Below are positions 47,856 to 58,740 of a DNA stretch of 64,000 bases, piece by piece (position 1 is the stretch's first letter; each line of letters opens with the position of its first letter). Under the pieces are notes generated by a model. It saw only the letters and a program-made list of their open reading frames with translations. It did not search any database and was not told the DNA's origin. This stretch comes from Salpingoeca rosetta (Eukaryota; Protista; Choanoflagellata). The stretch spans positions 388,403 to 452,402 of the forward strand of contig JAWQFM010000023.1 of the NCBI GenBank assembly GCA_033442325.1, given 5' to 3'. The position numbers and the translations under genes are program-made.

Positions 47856-50800
47856 GTGTGTCCAGGGGCAACATCACCGTGGTGCCATTGACACAACCAA
47901 GACGCGGCATGACAAAGCAGGTCGCCATGATGAATAAGAGGCGTCACTACAGAGTGCTTGCAGGCATTGCAGCACCTGTGCGTCCTCGACGAGGTGCGCC
48001 GCAACCGAGTGTGACGAATCACCGCGGCTGACAGCGATGCTGTTGCTTGATGCCGTGTGATCAGACGCCTACGCCATCGTTGTACAAGATGGTAGGACAG
48101 CGGAGGAGGAAGAGGAGGAGGAGGAGGAGGAGAGAGCGAAAGTGTGAGAGAGAGAGTGTGTGTGCGCGGTTGTTTTGTGTACGTTTGTGGTTGTGCGGTT
48201 GTTTTGTGTATGTTTATGGTTGTGTTGCGTGAGTGTGTTTGCGCGATTTTGTTGGTAGTATGGATGACGGCGAGCATTCGAATGTGTGACGGGTGCAAGT
48301 GTGCCTGTAGAATAAAGGCACCACTTCACAGATGTGCGCAGCGCACACTCATCACTTAAACAGCGTCGACACTTCTATCCCACTGCATATGGTCACCCAC
48401 ACGTGCATAGGATACAGCAAAGCAGGGCACTCGACCTCGTCTTGGGAGCGCCGTGATCCGCGGGACTGCAGCCGGCGCTCGTGCGGTTCTGGTGTGAGGG
48501 GAGAGAACAGCGGCACACGTGGAAGGAAAGCATGGGTGAGCACGCGCGGTAGGGAGGTGGTACATGGCAAACGACAAAGAGGCAGATAGAAAGAGAGAGA
48601 ACAGTGGGGCATGAGCCAGACACGGAGAGGTGCACTCACAAGCCACAAACAGACAAGCGCGCAGCCACACACACACAGGTGGACAGACCAATACACAGCT
48701 GTAGCCAGACAGTGTATGTGCGTGTGTGTGTTGTGTGTTCAACCGCACCTTCCAGTTTGACGTTAATTTCTTTGCGTGAGCGCTTGCGCGTGAAGGAGTT
48801 GTTGTGCCGAAACTTTACCAGGTCTTGCTGCGCCGGCGGCGACTCTGGCGTCTCTGGTGGCGGACGGAAGCACGCACGTCGCAATGATAACGTGTGTGTG
48901 AGAAAAGTGACAGTGAGGGGCAAGAGGAAACCGAGTTCACGTCGTAGATGAGGATGTTGTGTATATGTGTGGGTGTGATTGTGATACTTGCTGATCAGAC
49001 GCCTACGCCATCGTTGTACAAGATGGTAGGACAGCGGAGGAGGAAGAGGAGGAGGAGGAGGAGGAGAGAGCGAAAGTGTGAGAGAGAGAGTGTGTGTGCG
49101 CGGTTGTTTTGTGTACGTTTGTGGTTGTGCGGTTGTTTTGTGTATGTTTATGGTTGTGTTGCGTGAGTGTGTTTGCGCGATTTTGTTGGTAGTATGGATG
49201 ACGGCGAGCATTCGAATGTGTGACGGGTGCAAGTGTGCCTGTAGAATAAAGGCACCACTTCACAGATGTGCGCAGCGCACACTCATCACTTAAACAGCGT
49301 CGACACTTCTATCCCACTGCATATGGTCACCCACACGTGCATAGGATACAGCAAAGCAGGGCACTCGACCTCGTCTTGGGAGCGCCGTGATCCGCGGGAC
49401 TGCAGCCGGCGCTCGTGCGGTTCTGGTGTGAGGGGAGAGAACAGCGGCACACGTGGAAGGAAAGCATGGGTGAGCACGCGCGGTAGGGAGGTGGTACATG
49501 GCAAACGACAAAGAGGCAGATAGAAAGAGAGAGAACAGTGGGGCATGAGCCAGACACGGAGAGGTGCACTCACAAGCCACAAACAGACAAGCGCGCAGCC
49601 ACACACACACAGGTGGACAGACCAATACACAGCTGTAGCCAGACAGTGTATGTGCGTGTGTGTGTTGTGTGTTCAACCGCACCTTCCAGTTTGACGTTAA
49701 TTTCTTTGCGTGAGCGCTTGCGCGTGAAGGAGTTGTTGTGCCGAAACTTTACCAGGTCTTGCTGCGCCGGCGGCGACTCTGGCGTCTCTGGTGGCGGACG
49801 GAAGCACGCACGTCGCAATGATAACGTGTGTGTGAGAAAAGTGACAGTGAGGGGCAAGAGGAAACCGAGTTCACGTCGTAGATGAGGATGTTGTGTATAT
49901 GTGTGGGTGTGATTGTGATACTTGCTGCGATGGTTGCCCGCAGAAGCAGCAGCAGCAACACATGTCACAAGCAGCAGTAGCAGCATCAGCAACACATGTC
50001 ACAAGCAGCAGCAGGTGTTTATGCACTGATGCACTGACCGATGGGCAAGCCCTTTGCCCTGCAGATGCAGTTGTGAACCTTCTGCAGCCATTGCTTCTTC
50101 ATCTCAGCTGTCAAGCCGGGTCAACGAGGCACGAGCACAGCATGCCGATGTGTGAGCGGCGTTGCGCATTTGCTTCAACAAGAGCAACAAGAACAGTGGC
50201 CCAGCTTGCTCGGTGTGTGTACACAACGTAATGCAGAGAAGAGGGGGGCTGTACCGGTGCGGCAGCGAAACACGAAGCTGTTGGCGACGACGACAGATGG
50301 AGGGCTGGCTGGGGCATTGAAGGAGAAGCTTTCGCGCTGCGAGCTCGCTTCCGACGACTGCTTTGTGTTCTCCTCGACCAGGAACTCCCGGTCATCGTCA
50401 TAGAACACGCTCGTCACCGTACACTGCGGTAGTGGTGACAATGGTGGCAGCAGGCCGAGTGATGATTGTTGTCATGATGGTCGTGATGGCATGAACATGA
50501 GATGACGGCCAACGAATGGTGCAGCGTAAAACTGCTGGCCAAACTTGGCCTAGCAAGTGCTGGCACGCACCTCAAGCTTGCAAACACGTCAAGCTGGCAC
50601 GCACTCCCTTCCCCCAGCCCTTCTTCTTTCAGAAGCAAACACCCATCTTATGCTATGTATCATGCTAATGTATGCGACCACCTCGACGGGTTACCTGATC
50701 CAGATCAAGCGGATCTGCAAGCAGGAGGTAGACGGTGTCTCCTCCCGCCGTCTGCTGCTGTTGCGTGATGACGAGGACGTCATTGCACAGCACCACAAAC

Positions 50801-51450
50801 GCCTCAATCACAGTCTTGCGACGCGAGCCTGCGACAACAGCACAGAGACAACACGGAAGGCAGCAGTTGGATGTGAATGTGTGAGGGTGGGAGGAGCTGT
50901 GACTGGAAACCAAAGGTGCATGTAACAAACATCCTAAGCGGCAAAGGGCTGTGTCCTGCACAATTAGCACCAACTCCAACAGCACCAGCAAGACACATAA
51001 CGACAGCGACAGGGCAAGGGTTGCCCCCCCCCCCTCCAAGTTGGTGGCTCTCACGCACCAATGCCCTTTGCAGAGCGCACGCTCTCGGCCATGGTGAATG
51101 TATCTGCAGCCACAAGCTGCCTTCCGTCGGCATCCAGCTGGAACTCCTGGATCTGTGCGGCAAGCAAAACAAATGTGGCATGCAGGTGCTGCGTTAGGGT
51201 GTGATGGGCGCGGCAGGCGACAGTGCGACATCACGAGGGGGAGCCACAAGCGGGCACATCACGCCTTTTTGCCAATGTTGCTTGCTTGCAGGCAAGCTTG
51301 GAAACAAGCACATTGGGCAGATGACCAGGCCTTGCTGCCTCGCAGCACAGCAGCAGGCCCCACCAGAGAGTCACCCACCCACACGCACACACGCACCTCT
51401 GAGCCATCGCGGTTGCGGAGCGCCGTTTGAATCGACGCAAGGGAAGACAT
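41740..51450 (-). CDS. Large multi-exon protein with an N-terminal PH-like domain, a coiled coil and a disordered tail (may be two genes)
   Basis: Start [18 protein letters not shown]|. PH-like exons [20 protein letters not shown] and [15 protein letters not shown]. Coiled coil DLEQLQ...[14 protein letters not shown]. Terminal exon contains EHVYETI. Many small GT-AG exons on the minus strand; full exon chain not resolved. Confidence 0.55.
48058..49925. repeat. Direct tandem duplication, 2 x 934 bp (48058-48991 and 48992-49925)
   Basis: The two copies look identical by eye, and the ORF track repeats identical peptides at a 934-nt offset. Confidence 0.95.
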
Positions 51451-51927
51451 GGCAGTGCTTGACGAGGGGGGGGGGGAGTTGTCCTGCCTCTGGCGTGCCG
51501 TGGCGAGTCACGTTCAAGAACAGAACGTTCAGCAGTCGCGAGGGAAAGAACAATCTCAACACAAGTTCCTCCTCTCTGCAATCAGTTTGTTCTTGCACTC
51601 CTTTCTCGGGGACCAGGAAGAGAGAGGAAGGCCGCTGAGGGATGGTAGTAGTTGGAGGCTGGATATGGATGGATGGATGGGGTGGGTGGTCGCTTGGCCG
51701 GTGGAGAGATCAAGCACTCAAGAAGAAGCAACAAGCAAGGCACAGCAACCGTTTGGTGCTTTGGTCTTTTTGGGTGGTGCTGTGGGTACGGCGGTTTTTG
51801 TGTGGTCAGGTTTTCTCCACTCGGAAGCGAATGACTGAATTCAGACTTTACAACTGAATTCAGTTGGCTCGGGTGGCTTAAACAAGACACAGCGAGAAGA
51901 GTGTGACAGCAGGACCGCTGTTCGCGC

Positions 51928-53240
51928 ATGATGCTGCACTTGGTGTGCTGGAACGTGGCGGGATGGGCGACCACTGTTGACTGCATCAACAGGCGGTGAG
52001 TACACATGTGTTTGTGTGTGTTGTGTATACTGTGTGTGTTGTGTATACTGTGTGTGTTGTGTGTGTTGTGTGTGTTGTGTGTACTGTGTGTGTTGTGTGT
52101 GTCGTGTGTACTGTGTGTACTGTGTGTACTGTGTGTACTTTGTGTACTTTGTGTGTGTACTGTGTTGTGTGTACTGTGTGTACTGTGTGTACTGTGTGTA
52201 CTGTGTGTACTGTGTGTGTGTACTGTGTTGTGTGTGTGCACAAGGTTTGAGTTTGAGTTTGAGACAGGGGAGAGGCGAGGGGAGTCAAGCGAGTGGCCAC
52301 GCTTTGTGTGTGTGTGTGTTTTTTTTTGAAGCATATCCATTCACTCGCCACGTGCTCACCGTTTCTCGTTTCTCGGTTTGTTGCTATCATGTCACATCTG
52401 TCACCTTGGCCTTTCACAGGCATGGAGACGTTGCAACGTGGCTGGCAAAGAACAAGATTGACATCCTGTGTTTACAAGAGGTCAGTGCGTTCAGTGCCAT
52501 CGACATCTGTCTCATTCATGAACGCCTCTGCGCGCGCGCGCGCGCGTGTGTGTGTTTTTTTTTTTTGCCACCTTGATGCAGTGCCATTTCCCATCTAAAC
52601 CACACGGCACACTTGCTTCCTCTCCTTTCGTGTGTCAGGTGAAGGTGACGGCTTCAAGGCTTGCAGAGCAGCCCAAGCTTGCTGGCGTCACACCAGCACT
52701 TTGTGAGTGACTGTGTGTGTGTGTGTTTGCTTGTGTGTGAGTGACTGTGTGTGTGTGTGTGTGTTTGCTTGTGCTTTTGCAAGAGTGGCGATTGCGCCTG
52801 ATGGCGTTAGCTGCGACGTGCCGTGTCGCGCTGTGCTGCGCTGCGACTTGCTTCGCTGCGTATTGCTGTGACGCACACTGCTAGTGAGTCGTTTGTGACG
52901 ACGGTGCTCACTGGAGTGTTGGCCCTGACGTGCTGTGCAGTGGAAAAATACGATTGCTTCTTCTCGTGTTGCTCTGCTGGCACATCTCGTGGCTTCAACG
53001 GCGTTGCCACCTTTGCACGGAAAGGGCTCACAATCTCCGCCGACCCGCAGCCGTTTGCTGACCATGCTCTCGACTGCGAAGGTGCCGTCCATAAACCCCG
53101 CTTGTTTGCGCTGTGTGTATGCTTGTGCTGTGTGTTTTTTTGCGTGTGTTCGAATGTGAGTGTTTGAGCGTTTGTGTGTGTTTGTGAATGTGTATGTATG
53201 TATGTATGTATGTATGTATGTATGTATGTATGTATGTATG

Positions 53241-53274
<34 letters not shown>

Positions 53275-54259
53275 TGTATGTATGTATGTATGTATGTATG
53301 TATGTATGTATGTATGTATGTATGTATGTATGTATGTATGTATGTATGTATGTATGTATGTATGTATGTATGTATGTATGTATGTGTGTATGTGCATGTA
53401 CGTATGTACATATGTGCATGTGTGTGTGTCTGTGTGTCTGTCTGTCTCTGTCTGTGTGTGTCTGTCTGTGTGTGTCTCTCTCTGTCTGTCCTGTGTGCGT
53501 TCTCGTTGCACGTGCAGTTGTGACCAGCACACGTGCCTCACCTTAACTTCACAATGGTGGGTGTCGTTTGCTTTCGTGACCAGGGCGCGCAATTGTCACC
53601 GTACACGACGGCTTTGCCATCTTGAATGTGTATGTGCCGAACGACGGTGCCGGCTCTCGCCGCCTCCCTTTCAAAGTTTGTGCGCACATGCATGCAACAG
53701 GAGGGAGGGGAAGAGACAGTGCATGTCAGAAATGTGCGTGTTGAATGTGTGAATGTGTGAATGTGTGAATGTGTGAATGTGTGAATGTGTGAATGTGTGA
53801 ATGTGTGAATGTGTGAATGTGTGAATGTGTGAATGTGAATGTGTGTATCAACTGTGTGTGTGTGTGTGTGTGCGCGCGCGTGCGCGCATGTGTGTGTCGA
53901 CTGTGTGAAAATGTGCGCGCGCGTCAACTGTTGACACAACGAACAGCCGCACGTTCGGTACTGCGCCGCTTATTCTTGGCTGTGTGTTGCGTCATGGCTG
54001 CATGGGCAGATGCGGTTCTTGCGAGCCATGGAGGATTGCATGCAGCGATTGCGCAATCGTGGCTTTAAAGTCCTGGCCGTTGGCGACTTTAACATCGGAC
54101 GAAGGCCAGAGGTGTGTGTGTGTGTGTGTGTGTGCGTGTGTGTGTGCGTGTGTGTGTGTGCGTGTGTGTGTGTGCGTGTGTGTGTGCAGCTGTGCCATGG
54201 CTGTAGCGCGTGTTTTGCGTGCAGTGATGTGTCGCGTATGACCTATTGCTTAGTGTTTC

Positions 54260-54298
<39 letters not shown>

Positions 54299-56782
54299 GC
54301 ATGCGCACAATGCGCTCACGCACGCATGCACACAATGCTGCGCGCTCATCATCACTCTCAATCGCCTTAAACTCCCATCAGGACATTTCGTGGGATCACC
54401 GCATTCTGAATGTGTCATCATTCATGCGGATGGAACTTCCAGAGGCCGACGCCTCCCGTGACGAGCGCTTTCTCTCCTCCCTCTTCTCCGCGCCTTGCTG
54501 CAGCCACTGCGGCTGGCACGGCTGCTTGTACGTGGTTGTGTGTTTGTGCGAGTCGTATGAGTGCATAAGATGTGTATGAGGTGTGTATCAGGTGTGTGCG
54601 AGCTATTGTCTCGTGTGCCTCGTGTGCCTCGTGTGCCTCGTGTGCCTCGTGTATCGACGTGTCTTATCGTCAACACATGTGTGCGTGTGCGTGTGCGTGT
54701 GCGGAGCAAGAGTCGGCCTTTGCGTCTTCTCTCATGCCATGACGGTGGCGGTGCTCGTTTCACCCAGGTGTCTCCATTGCAGCCCGTCCTCATCTCGTCC
54801 CGGCACCACCTCCGCCCCAAGCACATCCAGCGCAGCACCCCGCACAAGCACTAGCAGCATAAACGGCCGAGCCAGTTTGTCGGCACAGACCTCGACACAG
54901 CCGTCTTCGTTGTCCACACCCTTGCCACCAACGCCAACACCAACACCAACAACGCAAGCAGCGCAGGCATCCACTGCCCTGAGTGATCCCGCCTCTTCTG
55001 CCGACCCTTCAGCCTTCGCAGGCGGCACCAACGACGACACCAGCAGCGCGACCTCACCTGTGCCACCACCATCGTCACCATCGCCATCACCGTCGCCATC
55101 GAGGCGCGGTGTGCGTCGCCACGGCCTCTGCCGTTTCTGCCACGTTCACCTCCACGACGACGAGGCAAAACGCGAGAGGAAGCGCATCAAGCACATGCGA
55201 GCGGCCCTACGGCAAGCGCGCGCACTCCAGGGCGTGGTGAGCACGTAGTCGTATGTTGTTGTTTGTTGTTTGTTGTTGTTGCTGCTGCTGTTATTGCTGC
55301 TGCTGTTGTTGTTGTTGCTGTGTGGGTGTGGGTGTGCTCTATGTGCTTGCGTCATGGATCTGGCATGCAGATGCCTGGATGGCGTTTGTGCAAACGCTCA
55401 TACCTGTTCACACACACATATATACACAGTTGCGGGAGCACTGGCCTGTGGTGACGCATGCGCTGTCGCAGCGTGTGGTGGAGGAGCAAGAGGTGACGCT
55501 GAAGCGAACCAGCAAGCAGGTCAAGTACCGCGTGCGTGTGCGCGGTGTGCAGGGACGGGTGCGATTGGGACAGCCCTGCGAGACAAGGGCGCGTGCCGAG
55601 CATATGTACACGTTCGAGAAGCGCGTGATCAAGGATGACGACGGAACCGGCGACGCATACCTCGGTATACACAATGTGTTGTGTTGTGTTGTGTTGTGTT
55701 GTGTTGTGTTGTGTTGTGTTGTGTGTTGTGTTGTGTTGTGTTCGTCTGTCCACCTTGTCTTCATGCGTGTGCTGTCCGTGTGTGTTGTGTGCATGCGCTT
55801 GTGAACAGCAGTTAATTGCGTGCTTGCATGCAATGGCCTGTGCAACGTGTGTGCACGTCGAGTTGCATGCATGTACCAGTACCAGAACCAGCACCACCCA
55901 CTCACCTCAGCATCACTTGCTTACGCTGACCATCCCTGATCACCGCCACCACTGCAATTAGTTCGCGGCGCGGATGAGATGTGCATTGCAGACATTGTCG
56001 AGTGCTTGGACAAAATCGCCGGCGTGTCGTTGGCAGACTGGCAGCAGCGGTGCCTGGGGATGTTCGCCCTGCCCATCTCCAGCCCGCCCTGTGTGCAGTG
56101 GCTGAACACCCTGCTGGAGAAACGTGGGTGTGTGGATGTGTTTACGTCGTGCTACCCTAATGCGCAGGCAAGGTTCACCTGCCACGACCAATACAAGAAC
56201 CGCCGCTACGAGAACAAGGGCTCACGCATCGACTACATTGTGCTTGACGGCGACTGGAAGCACCGCGTTGTTTGCTCCCCCGCCGATTTGATTACGTCTC
56301 CGGACTGCCCAAACCCGTTTTGCGCCATGTGTGCGCTTTCCGCAGTCACCTTGAACGGCAGGTCTGTGGGTGGGTGGGTTTGTGTGCTCTGTGTGTGTAT
56401 GAATGTGTGTGCATGCGCGTACTTCTTCACCCGATTTCTTGGGCTCTCAGCATCACTGCGTTGTCAACACACAACAAATATATACTTACTTGCACACACA
56501 CACACACACGCACATGTGTTCTCCCACCTCTCTTCCGCTCCGTTGCTTCCGCTCAGGTGGAAACCGGCACCATTTGACGGGACGGGAATGGTTGCAGGTC
56601 GACAAGAGGTGAGCAATGTGCACTCTACCTGCAGCATCAAGGCTGGCCAGAGCCCCTGTGTGTGGGGGGGGGGAGGGGAAAGGGAACCCTCCCCTTTGGT
56701 CTTTACTGCTACCACACCGGACACAGACACACACACACACACACAGACACGCAAACACACACACACTACCACACCGGACACA

Positions 56783-56868
<86 letters not shown>

Positions 56869-56881
56869 AACACACACACAC

Positions 56882-56954
<73 letters not shown>

Positions 56955-56961
56955 CACACAC

Positions 56962-57033
<72 letters not shown>

Positions 57034-57985
57034 CATCTCACTCAGCGTCGCTACTTGCTGTCAACACCAGGACTACGAGGCGCACATCACGCGCCCGCGG
57101 ACAGGCGTTGTATACACGCCACCGCAGTACTCGGATCACCTCGCCATTGCCGTCGTCCTCGACTTGCCCGCGCTGGCGCCACAGAGGTGTGCCTTGAAGA
57201 AAGAACGAAGGAAAGACAGAGAGGACGCAGGCGTTTTGCGTGTGCGCGTGTGTGTATGTGTGTATGTGTGTGTGTGCGTGTGTGCATGTGTGCATAAATG
57301 TGTGTGTGCATAAATGTGTGTGTGGAGGCAATACCATTTTGTGTGCACTTCTGTTGCAATCACGCACATTCACACGCTTGCTTGCGCCCGGTGCAGGTTG
57401 AGCGGGGACAAGGCAACACGTGGCGCACAGCCGCACACGGCCATCAAGCGAATCAGCAGCTTTTTTTCCAAGCGCGCGAAGCGTCAAGCAACGGCAGATG
57501 GACAAGGTGGACGACCAGGCGACGACGTGGACGCACCCACACACGCCAACACAGTGGATGAGGGCGACGACCAAGCGCAGCAGCGGATTACGGGCGCGGA
57601 GCCAGCGCCCAGCACACCGTCAGCGTTGTTGGCCCCGTGCACGCCAGCACCAGCGATTGCCACCTCAGCTACAACAATCTCAGCACCAGCATCAGCAACG
57701 ACAACACCAGTGGCAACGACAATACCCGGCGCCAGAGCTTCTCTGGACGCAAGCGCCAGCGTCTCGTACTCAAACGACACTCAATCTCCATCACTGTCGT
57801 CATCGTGCTCATCGTCATCCACGTCGTCAGCCATGACGAAGAAAGCCAAAGTGGCCACCGGCACAAAGGCAGTGAAGAGCAAGAAGCCAGCGCCAGCAAA
57901 GCGCAAGAGCAGCAGCTCCAAACAACAAGCAAAGAAGAGTGCACCACCCGGACAGCGCAAGATATCCGCGTTTTACAAGCAGTAA
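51928..57985 (+). CDS. Exonuclease III / AP endonuclease family (APE2-like), multi-exon
   Basis: WNVAGW; DILCLQE|VK; FNGVATF; EG|RAIVT; NVYVPN; VGDFNI; GSRIDY; SDHLAI. C-terminal PIP-box-like QRKISAFY. Confidence 0.9.
53191..53385. repeat. (TATG)n tetranucleotide microsatellite, intronic
   Basis: Directly visible. Confidence 0.9.
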
Positions 57986-58625
57986 TTGGTGTGTATTTGT
58001 CATAGCTAGCTGCCAGTGGGCGAACCTCCAAACACCGCCCATACGCTTCCACTTTGTCACCTGTCCACACTGATTCTTTAAAGATTGAATGCAGAGAGCG
58101 CCACGTGTATTTTAGGGCAAATTGAGAAAGCAATCAAAGACAGAAAGGGGCGAGCATGGGCAGGTGAGGACAAACAGGCAAACGAACACAAGTCACAAAG
58201 CGACAGACCCACATTCACGACAACAGAGCCCACCGTGGAGGGGACGGGGGAAGGGAGGCAAAGCAAGAGCTAGGCCAATAGAGCAAGCAAGCAAGCAAGC
58301 AAACGACAAGCCAGGAGGCAGCCGCAGCATCGCATCATCACGTAAGCATATCAGTTTCGGTCAGTGCAGTAAGATCGCGGCCAAATACAAAGGGGTCTGA
58401 TGGAGAGAATAAAAGGTCATGTCGAAACACGTGAGTGGAAGCTAGCAGTCAGGGGGTGGGCACCTCTGCGAGGAGGAACACCCCCCAAAAAACGAGATCA
58501 GGAGCGCAGCGACCGCGCAAGCAACGAAAAAGGAAGTACCAAGCACACAGACGGTGCAGTGCCAAAAGCTAAAACCAAATGGGAGAGGGAGTGTTGCGCT
58601 TCAAAAGCAATGAATAGAAGTAGAA

Positions 58626-58668
<43 letters not shown>

Positions 58669-58740
58669 ATATGTGTGTGTGTGTTATAAAAGAGGTGGCA
58701 GTGAGTGCAATAGAGAGTGGGGGTGGAGCTTGGTCGTAGC

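Noticed and set aside
52005-52240. Regular GTGTACT/GTGTT repeats suggesting a CRISPR-like or coding array
   Set aside because: Degenerate TG microsatellite in an intron of a eukaryotic gene; no unique spacers and no cas genes.
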